A stretch of 34,546 nucleotides of DNA, taken from NCBI GenBank assembly GCA_017882245.1, contig JADGPV010000202.1, positions 1-34,546 on the forward strand, written 5' to 3'. Source of the stretch: Bacteroidales bacterium. Its GTDB lineage: Bacteria > Bacteroidota > Bacteroidia > Bacteroidales > VadinHA17. Positions 8,001-16,077 of this stretch are shown piece by piece (positions within the stretch are counted from its first letter, which is position 1; each line of letters begins with the position of its first letter). The notes under the pieces are model-generated. The model searched no databases, had not been told where the DNA came from, and saw only the letters and a list, made by a program, of their open reading frames with translations. The position numbers were made by a program, and so were the translations under genes.

Positions 8001-8072
8001 TAGCCCCACTAGGAATCGAACCTAAATTTCAGGTTTAGGAAACCCGCGTTCTATCCATTGAACTATAGGGCC
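8001..8072 (-). tRNA. tRNA-Arg (anticodon CCT)
   Basis: The minus strand folds by hand as GGCCCTA-TA-GTTC-AATGGATA-GAAC-G-CGGGT-TTCCTAA-ACCTG-AAAT-TTAGG-TTCGATT-CCTAG-TGGGGCT-A. All four arms pair (with G-U wobbles), the T-loop is GGTTCGATTCC and the anticodon is CCT in a 7-nt loop. CCA is not encoded. Confidence 0.9.
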
Positions 8073-8118
8073 GTGTTTGCAGCCGCAAATGTAACCCTTT
8101 TTTTACTCACTGCAAAAA

Positions 8119-8742
8119 TCAGCAGCCGCCAGCAGGCTTCTTCTTGGCCTTTGACGCAACAGCAGGCTTGGCAGCCTTAGGTGCCGTTGCAGCGCCTTCG
8201 GCAGCGACAACCCCGCCTCCGCCCAGGGCAGCCGAGGCACTCTTACGGAAGTCATACTTTGCAAACTCCTCATTGGGACTCGTCTGCGAGGGAGCCTGTG
8301 CCGAAAGTATGTTACCGAACCAGTAATTCAGTCCGCCTTCGAGGACAAAATTGTTCTTATAGCCCATCTGCCTGGTCAGCATCCATGCTTCATTTGCAGT
8401 GACTGAGCCGTTTGAATAGAAGACGTTCGTCCGGGCATCCTGATTTAAAATATCTGTAAACTCATCTGATAACAGGTTGCTGAGGGGGATGTTTATTGCC
8501 CCCGGCAGGCTGAAGGCCTCAAACTCTTCAGGTGTACGAACATCAATCAGCTGCAACGACGGGTCCTTCTGAACCAGCATGTCAGCAATGACATCTGGCG
8601 AGATGAACTGTGCACCGGCCCCTGCCTCCTGAAGCAGCTCATCGGCGGAAAGCCTGAAGCGCTTTGTCTTATCTGCCGGTACAGCAGCAAGGATAATCCC
8701 AAGAGGGATAATGATGAGAGCTAATAATTTTAATGGTTTCAT
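8119..8742 (-). CDS. exported rhodanese-like protein lacking the active-site loop Cys, with a low-complexity C-terminal arm ending in GGC
   Basis: Signal/anchor MKPLKLLALIIIPLGIILAAVPA. Rhodanese blocks LIDVRTPEEFEAFSLPGAINIPL and LEGGLNYW. The loop position reads VFYSNGSVTAN (Ser instead of Cys). The tail is GGGGVVAAEGAATAPKAAKPAVASKAKKKPAGGC. Confidence 0.85.
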   Translation of the reverse strand: MKPLKLLALIIIPLGIILAAVPADKTKRFRLSADELLQEAGAGAQFISPDVIADMLVQKDPSLQLIDVRTPEEFEAFSLPGAINIPLSNLLSDEFTDILNQDARTNVFYSNGSVTANEAWMLTRQMGYKNNFVLEGGLNYWFGNILSAQAPSQTSPNEEFAKYDFRKSASAALGGGGVVAAEGAATAPKAAKPAVASKAKKKPAGGC

Positions 8743-8760
8743 AATTTTATGTTTTTTGTT

Positions 8761-9351
8761 TTAATACTCTTCTCTCGGGAATTTTCTTTCTGCCCATTCA
8801 GCCACGGCAAACATTCCAAGTGCTACAAGTATAAGCAACAGGCCAAAGAGCCCGTCTTTCATGCCAAGCGATTGGCTTATCTTTGGTTCGCCGAGATATT
8901 TTGCCATGTACATTTTTTCCCACAACGGGTACGTAAAGGCAAAAGCGTAGATACCAATGAAGAGGCCCAGAATGAAAACCATTCCGTCAATCTTTCCTAT
9001 TGCTGCTCCGGTGAAGCTGGTCCCCGGACAGAAGCCGCCCATAATAAACCCTGCTCCCATCACTACGCCGCCTACGATGGCAGAAGTCAGGTAGGTGGGA
9101 TTGACATATACCAGGTCAAGGTCTATCCATCCGAACAGGCTCATGAACAAAAGTCCGATCATGCATGTGATTGCTCCTGTGAAGAAGACCTTGAGAACGA
9201 CGGTGTCATAGCCGTAAAAGATGCCGGCCAGTTTGCGGCTCGACGAGAAGCCAGAGCTCTCAAGAACCCACCCGAAGGCGATGCCGATGAAGAATGCAAG
9301 GAGAAAATTGGTGTTCTCCGATATAATTCCGTTTGGTGCTAATGGTCCCAT
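8761..9351 (-). CDS. YeeE/YedE family sulfur-compound transport membrane protein (half-size, second of a pair)
   Basis: Polytopic Gly-rich membrane protein with a GGFCPGTS motif. The start is set at the Met at 9351 (MGPLAPNG), which is preceded by an aggagaa RBS-like sequence and avoids overlap with the upstream gene. The ORF track start at 9405 would overlap that gene by 38 nt. Confidence 0.8.
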   Translation of the reverse strand: MGPLAPNGIISENTNFLLAFFIGIAFGWVLESSGFSSSRKLAGIFYGYDTVVLKVFFTGAITCMIGLLFMSLFGWIDLDLVYVNPTYLTSAIVGGVVMGAGFIMGGFCPGTSFTGAAIGKIDGMVFILGLFIGIYAFAFTYPLWEKMYMAKYLGEPKISQSLGMKDGLFGLLLILVALGMFAVAEWAERKFPREEY

Positions 9352-9367
9352 TTTATTCTCCTTTCCT

Positions 9368-9904
9368 TTAGATCCAGTTTTTCCTGAAGAAGTAAGCCAG
9401 TGCATAGGCTGTTCCGAAAATCCCCATCATGGTAATGAAGCCTCCGAGAGACAGCACTCCCATACCGCTCAGTGCCGCACCGCTGGTGCATCCGCGTCCG
9501 AGCTGTGAGCCGAAGCCAAAGAGTGTCCCTCCGATCAGGGCGAAGACCAGTCTTCGTCTGGAGGTTATCTTCGGCGAATGCTCCACTTTCAGCTTCAGAC
9601 GACCGGCAATCGCACCGGATATGAAACCTCCGACGAGTACGCCCAGCATTTCAAAGACGAGCCACGATCTCATCGGGCTTCCGCTGTGTGACTGGGCATA
9701 TTCAGCCATGAACGGCATCGTATTGACAGCATTCTTATTGACAGCCTCAATGGATGTGGCCACGACACTCTTTATGGCGCCGCTGGCTCCGAGACCCCTG
9801 CCTGCAATGAAATTGGCAGCAAGAAGTACGAGGCCAAGAAGAACCCCTCCCAGATACGGGTTGAGGTATTTTTTGCTCCTCTCAGTTTTAGAAATATTGC
9901 CCAT
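9368..9904 (-). CDS. YeeE/YedE family sulfur-compound transport membrane protein (half-size, first of a pair)
   Basis: N-terminus YLNPYLGGVLLGLVLLAANFIAGRGLGASGA and a conserved GRGCTSGA motif, both typical of the sulfur-transport domain. 178 aa, about half of E. coli YeeE. Confidence 0.8.
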   Translation of the reverse strand: MGNISKTERSKKYLNPYLGGVLLGLVLLAANFIAGRGLGASGAIKSVVATSIEAVNKNAVNTMPFMAEYAQSHSGSPMRSWLVFEMLGVLVGGFISGAIAGRLKLKVEHSPKITSRRRLVFALIGGTLFGFGSQLGRGCTSGAALSGMGVLSLGGFITMMGIFGTAYALAYFFRKNWI

Positions 9905-9924
9905 ATTGTTATTATTTATAGTGA

Positions 9925-10866
9925 TCAGTATAACCAGCGGCTCACCTGGCCGGCAAAGACAAAAACAAATCTGAACATCAGGCTCCCGAAAATAACCAGT
10001 GCGCCTGGTATCACTGCGGGTATATGGAGTCCGCGCAATTCCATAAGGTCAAGTATGCCTGGAAGAATTATTCCGATTATAACAACAAAGATCCAGAACA
10101 CCATGGTATATTGTCCGCCGAGGAAGAGCTGTGCAGCATCTATCTGCACCTGCGTACTTGCCAGGAAGCCCATGAACATATGCACTATCAGAAATAGCTC
10201 CACTCCAAGAATGATAAGATCGATCTTTGAGAAGGCAAGTCTCTCTTTCCTGTCTTTTGATGCCAGCACTATCGCTGCAGCCCCTGCTGAGAGTCCTGAA
10301 GCAAGGAACAGTGGCCCGAGAACAGAGGTGTTCCATAAGGGCCTGGCGTTGAATGCCGAAAGTAATATACCGGTATAAACGCCGGTGATGATAGCATAGA
10401 TCAGCATCACCCAGGCAAGTACTTTTTTGTATTTGTTGAAGAAAGTCTCAAGATCTTTCAGCCATTGATACTTCCAGTCCCAGCGCGGGAACAGTTCTCT
10501 GATATTAAGTGCACACCATATCACCGATACTGCCGTGATCACCAGCAGTGTCCAGGCACCCCATGACATAGGTGACTCCAGCCTGACGGTTGTATAGAGC
10601 CGCCAGAAGAAGGCCTTGTGATTCAGGTCATAAAAGAGGGCAGCAAGGCCGATTATCAGTGCTATGGGAGCAACGAATGGAACCCTGCGCACGGCAGAGC
10701 GGTATTCATCCTCCTTGCCAAGGAGATAGAACAGCGCAGCAAAGAACAGCACACCTGCCGCCAGTCCTCCGAGAAAGAGATACAGCGGTATGGGCCAGTG
10801 CCATATATGCAGTTGCGGGTCAACCATCAGGTTTTCTCTTCCGCTGATTATAAGCTCTTCGTTCAT
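9925..10866 (-). CDS. nrfD: NrfD/PsrC-family integral membrane quinol-interacting subunit
   Basis: About 8 predicted helices. The N-terminal W-x-W-P-I-P-L-Y-L-F-L-G-G-L-A-A-G signature is typical of NrfD/PsrC. It lies directly downstream of the 4Fe-4S subunit gene. Confidence 0.85.
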   Translation of the reverse strand: MNEELIISGRENLMVDPQLHIWHWPIPLYLFLGGLAAGVLFFAALFYLLGKEDEYRSAVRRVPFVAPIALIIGLAALFYDLNHKAFFWRLYTTVRLESPMSWGAWTLLVITAVSVIWCALNIRELFPRWDWKYQWLKDLETFFNKYKKVLAWVMLIYAIITGVYTGILLSAFNARPLWNTSVLGPLFLASGLSAGAAAIVLASKDRKERLAFSKIDLIILGVELFLIVHMFMGFLASTQVQIDAAQLFLGGQYTMVFWIFVVIIGIILPGILDLMELRGLHIPAVIPGALVIFGSLMFRFVFVFAGQVSRWLY

Positions 10867-10873
10867 TGTCTGC

Positions 10874-11407
10874 TCATATTAGGAAATATAACTGCGGTTG
10901 CGTCCCTGCTTCGGGGATGAGTGTCTTTGACTTGCGCTTCTTCAGTATGACGCTCACGTCACTGTTAGGATCCTCAAGGTCGCCGAAGTACATACATTTG
11001 GTAGGACATACGGCAACACATGCGGGTTTCATCCCTTCCTTCACACGGTGATGGCAGAATGTACATTTGTCGACATATCCTTTCGGATGGGGGTAACGTG
11101 CATCATACGGGCAGGAGGCTATGCAGGCGCCGCAGCCGATGCATTTGTTGTGTGTGACAAGGACAATTCCGCCCTCTGCGAAATGGCTTGCCCCAGTGGG
11201 GCAGCACCTTACACATGGTGAGTTTGCACAATGATTGCAGCGTTCTGACCTCAGCTCAACCTCAAGCTGCGGATATGTGCCATCCATTGTCTCCACAACC
11301 CAGTCGCGGCAGTAGCCTATGGGTACGTCGTTCTCCGTCTGGCATGCCACCACACAGTCGGAGCAACCAACACATTTTTTTGTATCAACAGCCATCGCGT
11401 ATCTCAT
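10874..11407 (-). CDS. 4Fe-4S ferredoxin-type electron-transfer subunit (PsrB/PhsB-like)
   Basis: Four Cys clusters: CVGCSDCVVAC, CNHCANSPCVRCCP, CIGCGACIASCP and CTFCHHR...ACVAVCP. The start overlaps the upstream stop by 4 nt (ATGA). Confidence 0.9.
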   Translation of the reverse strand: MRYAMAVDTKKCVGCSDCVVACQTENDVPIGYCRDWVVETMDGTYPQLEVELRSERCNHCANSPCVRCCPTGASHFAEGGIVLVTHNKCIGCGACIASCPYDARYPHPKGYVDKCTFCHHRVKEGMKPACVAVCPTKCMYFGDLEDPNSDVSVILKKRKSKTLIPEAGTQPQLYFLI

Positions 11408-13641
11408 GACGTCACCTCCTTTCTTTCAAGATCAGTAATGAAAGTCACGAAGTTGCCTCTCATGCCGGTCCCTCCCATTACTGGATCCATCATGACACTG
11501 GTTATCAGTTTAGTATCATTTGCACCCCGACCATAAGTCCTGGTCAGTTTTTTGTCTGCATGACCAAATCCGTGCACCATATACACTGAATCCCATCTTA
11601 TCCTTTCCGTGATTCTCACTTTGATCGGGAAGTCAGTCTCAATGCCATCCTGATTTTTAAGATGGATATACTGTCCTGCAGTCAATCCCCATTCCCTTGC
11701 CACTCTTGGATTGACCCACAGAGTGTTCTCATCCATCAGGTCAAAGAGATTAGGATTGTTGGAGGTGCGGCTGAAGGTGTGCATAGGAGCCCGTCCGTAA
11801 ATGAGCCTGTAAAAGCCCTCGGGCGGCTCGGGATGAGGTGTATAAACCGGAAGCGGGCTGAAACCTTCATTTTCAAGCGCTGTGGAATAAAGCTCAATTT
11901 TGCCGGTATTGGTCCAGAAGGCGATGTCTTCACCTTCACCGAAGTACAGGTCATCAACTTCTCTGTCCCATGTTTTTACTCCTGCTTTCTGCATCTCATC
12001 AAGTGAGCTCCCCATCTGTTTCAGCTGCCAATCCAGAAGTTCCTCCGGTTTTTCAAAGTGGAAGTACTCTCCCTTGCCTAATCTCTGGGCGAGTTCGCGT
12101 GCTATCCAGTAAGCAGGTTTTGAGTCATATTTCGGCTCGACAGCAGGTACTCGCAGAGCTAATGCCGGTTTACGGTGAGGACTGTCTCTCAGCGAGTCAT
12201 AGCGTTCGAGATATGTACATTCAGGCAAGACCACATCAGCCCATCCGGTAATTTCCATCGGCATTGTATCAACTACAACCAGGAGATCAAGATTTTGCAT
12301 CGCCTCAATGGTATGTGCAGTATTCGGAACTGTCAACGGCAGGTTTGTCCCTGATACCAGCCATCCTTTTATCATCGCATCCTTTTCAGGGGCAGGGATG
12401 CTTGCATCAATAATCACATTTGCCACTCCAAGGTCAGCAAGATTATACTTGCCCGGGTACCATTCACGCCATGATTTCTGAGGTTTTGGATACTCCGGGT
12501 GCGGATAAGACGGGACAGTTTTTCCTTCCTGTCTGTAGAAGCCTCCGCGGCGCCCCCATGATCCGAGAAGGGCGTTCAGAATTGCCACCGCCCTTGTACG
12601 TTGTGTGTCGTCTCCATACCAGGTTACATGACGGCCCGGATGAACAATGACTGCCGGTGAGGCATCAGCCATCTCCCGGGCAGTCTCCCTGATAACAACA
12701 GGATTAATAGTAGTTATTCCATAAGCCCACTCAGGGGTGAAGTTCCTGACATGCTCCTTCAGCTCGTCAAAGCCATAGCAGTATTTTTCAACATATTTTT
12801 TATCGTAGTAATCATTGTAAATTATCTCATGGATCCATGCAAGTAAAAGGGCAATGTCAGTAGCAGGCTTTATCGGGAGCCAGTACTTCGACTTGCCGGC
12901 TGCCGTTGAAAAGCGGGGATCAACAGTGATAATAGTGGCGCCTTTATCAATGGCATCAGACATCTCCTGCACCTGTCCGTTATGCATGTTCTCGCCAATA
13001 TGTGATCCTATAAGAACAAGACAGCGTGTGTCGCGTATGTCAGTATTCTCAGGTGAACCCGGATTCTCTCCGAAAGTGGCTGAGAAACCAACATCACGCG
13101 GTCCGCGGCACTGGGCGAATGATGGCTGGGCATAATTTTCAGATCCCAACGACTTCATAAGATCTGTGAAGTATTTTCCGCCTGAGCCATGGTTCAACAA
13201 TGCAAGGCTTTCAGGACCGTTCTTTTCAATTATCTCCTTCATTTTGCCCGCAATATGATCAAGGGCTTCCTCCCATGAGGCTTCCCTGAAAACCTGCTTT
13301 CCGCGCTCCTCAACTCTTATCAATGGCACCTTCAGCCTGTCTTCGTCATAATACATCCCGGGACCGCCTGTACCACGTGGACAGAACCGGCCGTTGCTGT
13401 GCTGATCTTCTTTATTTCCGGTGATCTTTTTGATGTTTCCTTCGTCATCTTTCCAGACCCAGCCGGCACACTTCCAGAAACAGACCTCACAATAAGTAGG
13501 AGTGCGTGTTGCCAGAACCGCCGCAGTGGCTTTCTGGCCGTCAGTGAACTCAGACCCTAAAAGCCTGAAACCTGCCGCACCTGCCATCACTGCTCCAGCT
13601 CCCATTGCTGAGATTCTGATGAACTGTCTGCGTGTTGCCAT
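11404..13641 (-). CDS. Tat-exported molybdopterin (bis-MGD) oxidoreductase catalytic subunit, polysulfide/thiosulfate reductase-like (PsrA/PhsA-like)
   Basis: Twin-arginine signal MATRRQFIRISAMGAGAVMAGAAG. N-terminal FeS motif C-EV-C-FWK-C...C-PRG. At 745 aa its size and layout fit the Psr/Phs branch. The substrate is inferred from the neighbouring sulfur genes only. Confidence 0.85.
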   Translation of the reverse strand: MATRRQFIRISAMGAGAVMAGAAGFRLLGSEFTDGQKATAAVLATRTPTYCEVCFWKCAGWVWKDDEGNIKKITGNKEDQHSNGRFCPRGTGGPGMYYDEDRLKVPLIRVEERGKQVFREASWEEALDHIAGKMKEIIEKNGPESLALLNHGSGGKYFTDLMKSLGSENYAQPSFAQCRGPRDVGFSATFGENPGSPENTDIRDTRCLVLIGSHIGENMHNGQVQEMSDAIDKGATIITVDPRFSTAAGKSKYWLPIKPATDIALLLAWIHEIIYNDYYDKKYVEKYCYGFDELKEHVRNFTPEWAYGITTINPVVIRETAREMADASPAVIVHPGRHVTWYGDDTQRTRAVAILNALLGSWGRRGGFYRQEGKTVPSYPHPEYPKPQKSWREWYPGKYNLADLGVANVIIDASIPAPEKDAMIKGWLVSGTNLPLTVPNTAHTIEAMQNLDLLVVVDTMPMEITGWADVVLPECTYLERYDSLRDSPHRKPALALRVPAVEPKYDSKPAYWIARELAQRLGKGEYFHFEKPEELLDWQLKQMGSSLDEMQKAGVKTWDREVDDLYFGEGEDIAFWTNTGKIELYSTALENEGFSPLPVYTPHPEPPEGFYRLIYGRAPMHTFSRTSNNPNLFDLMDENTLWVNPRVAREWGLTAGQYIHLKNQDGIETDFPIKVRITERIRWDSVYMVHGFGHADKKLTRTYGRGANDTKLITSVMMDPVMGGTGMRGNFVTFITDLERKEVTS

Positions 13642-13781
13642 CTATTAAACTTCTTACTGCGTGTCGTAGTATTCCGGGATACCAGAATACCACGGATTGA
13701 GAACAAGCTAAAGTACTGTTTAAAAATTAACAGCAGCAGCAATATGATAAATATGATATCTCTATCCAGCCATGGAATTGC

Positions 13782-15464
13782 TCAGGCCAGTCTTTTGTAT
13801 TTAATCCTTGCGGGGCCGGTGTCAGCCGTGCGTTTGTGGTAGTTCTCATCATACTCGGAGAAGTCTCCTTCAAACCATACAACCTTTGAATCGCCCTCGA
13901 AGGCGAGTATATGGGTGGCAACGCGGTCAAGGAACCAGCGGTCATGCGATATGATCACGGCACATCCCGCAAAGTTCTCAAGTCCTTCTTCAAGAGCACG
14001 CAATGTGTTGACATCTATGTCGTTGGTGGGCTCATCAAGCAGCAGCACGTTGGCCCCGCTCTTGAGGGTCAGTGCCAGATGCAGCCTGTTTCGCTCACCG
14101 CCTGAGAGAACACCACACTTCTTCTCCTGGTCAGCACCGGTGAAGTTGAAGCGCGCAGCGTAAGCACGGGCATTGACAGGCCTGTTGCCTACCATTACCT
14201 CGTCAACCCCTCCTGAAATAACTTCATAAACGCTCTTTTTCGGATCAATATCTGAATGGGCCTGATCGACATATCCAAGCGTCACAGTCGCTCCTACTTC
14301 AAAGGTGCCCTTGTTTACCTCCTCCTGACCCATGATCATCCGGAAGAGAGTTGTTTTGCCGGCGCCGTTTGGCCCGATTACTCCAACTATTCCGTTAGGG
14401 GGCAGATTAAACTCCAGATTTTCAAACAATATCTTGTCGCCGAAGGCCTTTGACACTTGTTTAGCCAAAATCACCTTATCGCCAAGTCTCGGACCGTTAG
14501 GAATAAATATCTCCAGCTTGTCCTCCTTTTGTTTCACATCCTGGTTAAGAAGGTTCTCGTAAGCGCTGAGTCTTGCCTTCGACTTGGCGCGTCGTGCCTT
14601 GGGTGACATTCTCACCCATTCAAGCTCATGTTCGAGCGTCTTGCGGCGTTTGACGTTTCCTTTCTCTTCAAGCTCAAGCCGTTTTGCCTTCTGCTCAAGC
14701 CACGATGAATAGTTTCCCTTCCAGGGAATTCCTTCGCCGCGGTCAAGCTCAAGGATCCATCCTGCAACATTATCAAGGAAATACCTGTCGTGAGTTATAC
14801 AGATAACCGTACCGTTGTACTGTTTCAGGTGAGTCTCGAGCCACTGCACGCTCTCTGCATCAAGGTGGTTTGTTGGTTCATCAAGGAGAAGGATGTCAGG
14901 CTCCAGGAGAAGCAATCGGCAGAGGGCTACCCTGCGGCGTTCACCGCCAGAGAGTATATTGACCGGTGTTGACGGATCGGGGCAGTTCAGCGCATCCATG
15001 GCACGACCGAGACGATGGTCAAGGTTCCATCCGTCAAGGGCTTCGATCTTTTCCTGTAACTCGGCCTGACGGTTCATCAGTTTCTCCATTGCGGCAGGGT
15101 TTTCATATACCTCTGGCTCGCCAAAACGCAGATTAATTTCCTCATATTCCTTCAGTGCGGCCACAACATTTGCAGCGCCCTCTTCAACTATCTCACGCAC
15201 CGTTCTTTTTTCATCCATGAGAGGATCCTGGGGCAGGTGCCCTACCGTATACCCGGGAGAAAAAATGACTTCGCCCTGGTATTCCTTCTCAATACCGGCG
15301 ATGATCTTCAGCAGCGTAGATTTCCCGGAGCCGTTGAGACCGATAATCCCTATTTTGGCTCCCAGAAAAAAGGAGAGAGAAATATCTTTAAGAACCTGTT
15401 TATGAGGAGGGTAGCTCTTGCCTACCCTGAACATGGAAAAAATGATCTTTTTGTCGTCAGCCAT
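13782..15464 (-). CDS. ettA: energy-dependent translational throttle protein EttA (ABC-F ATPase)
   Basis: 560 aa with two ABC cassettes (GLNGSGKST / LSGGERRR / LLLDEPTNHLD and GPNGAGKTT / LSGGERNR / LLLDEPTNDID). Linker and length fit EttA/YjjK. Confidence 0.92.
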   Translation of the reverse strand: MADDKKIIFSMFRVGKSYPPHKQVLKDISLSFFLGAKIGIIGLNGSGKSTLLKIIAGIEKEYQGEVIFSPGYTVGHLPQDPLMDEKRTVREIVEEGAANVVAALKEYEEINLRFGEPEVYENPAAMEKLMNRQAELQEKIEALDGWNLDHRLGRAMDALNCPDPSTPVNILSGGERRRVALCRLLLLEPDILLLDEPTNHLDAESVQWLETHLKQYNGTVICITHDRYFLDNVAGWILELDRGEGIPWKGNYSSWLEQKAKRLELEEKGNVKRRKTLEHELEWVRMSPKARRAKSKARLSAYENLLNQDVKQKEDKLEIFIPNGPRLGDKVILAKQVSKAFGDKILFENLEFNLPPNGIVGVIGPNGAGKTTLFRMIMGQEEVNKGTFEVGATVTLGYVDQAHSDIDPKKSVYEVISGGVDEVMVGNRPVNARAYAARFNFTGADQEKKCGVLSGGERNRLHLALTLKSGANVLLLDEPTNDIDVNTLRALEEGLENFAGCAVIISHDRWFLDRVATHILAFEGDSKVVWFEGDFSEYDENYHKRTADTGPARIKYKRLA

Positions 15465-15527
15465 AATTCAGTTGGTTACTGACGACAAAAATAATCATTT
15501 TGCCTCCTGTAAAAAGATGATGTCTTT

Positions 15528-15962
15528 TTATTGTGTCACAGAGGACTGGTCACAGCCCCTTGCAAAGAGAGAAACGGTTTCCTGCTGTACCAGCACCCAG
15601 ATGATATAGACACCCTTGAGAGTTCCTATAGGTATATTCAGCAGTCCCAGCGCCGCCATAACCAGTGTGAGTACCCGGGCCCATGGCTTGCATGCTAATA
15701 AACCTATGCCTCCTGCAATCATGGCTCCTCCGAAAAGGAGCATCATCACAATAATCGGTGTGCCGATTATACTGATAACCTTAATTGCAGTCGGATCGTC
15801 AACAAACTGATCGACAAAGCCAAAGACGAAAGCAACAGCCAGGCCGCCTATGACGATCAGTGAGCCGAATACTATCTGAAGAATTGCAGCAACATGAATA
15901 TGCTTTTTCATTCTGTTCTCTTCAATGGTCTTGTTCTCCAGCGGGATTTTGTTCTCTTCCAT
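15528..15962 (-). CDS. hypothetical small integral membrane protein (about 4 TM)
   Basis: Hydrophobic segments AAILQIVFGSLIVIGGLAVAFVFGF, IIGTPIIVMMLLFGGAMIAGGIGLLA and VLTLVMAALGLL. No functional motif seen. Confidence 0.5.
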   Translation of the reverse strand: MEENKIPLENKTIEENRMKKHIHVAAILQIVFGSLIVIGGLAVAFVFGFVDQFVDDPTAIKVISIIGTPIIVMMLLFGGAMIAGGIGLLACKPWARVLTLVMAALGLLNIPIGTLKGVYIIWVLVQQETVSLFARGCDQSSVTQ

Positions 15963-16051
15963 GGTATAGTAATTTAATTGTTTACAATGTATACTGAATA
16001 ATGACTCTAATTTAATAAAAATGCTGCACTGCCGTGTTATGACTATTTTTT

Positions 16052-16059
16052 TAACTTTG
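16052..16059 (+). promoter_or_regulatory. candidate -7 promoter box TAACTTTG
   Basis: TAnnTTTG match 19 nt upstream of the ATG at 16078. Confidence 0.3.
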
Positions 16060-16077
16060 CTCCAAATACCGGTAAAG

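Larger units (their letters stand above)
5581..8022. mobile_element. possible remnant insertion cassette at tRNA-Arg, bounded by degenerate direct repeats of the tRNA 3' end; no integrase present
   Basis: Direct repeats at 5581-5607 and 8001-8022 enclose only the wecE-like and glycosyltransferase-like genes. A third tRNA-end fragment lies at 7922-7946. This is an interpretation, not a demonstrated element. Confidence 0.3.

Noticed and set aside
8144-13135. Many long + strand ORFs opposite the psr/yeeE/rhodanese operon (for example 8749-9342, 9429-9974, 10055-10378, 11662-12006, 12854-13135)
   Set aside because: They lie antisense to genes with strong family motifs. Their translations are Pro/Arg/Ser/Ala-rich with no motifs. 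Long spurious antisense ORFs are expected in the GC-richer part.
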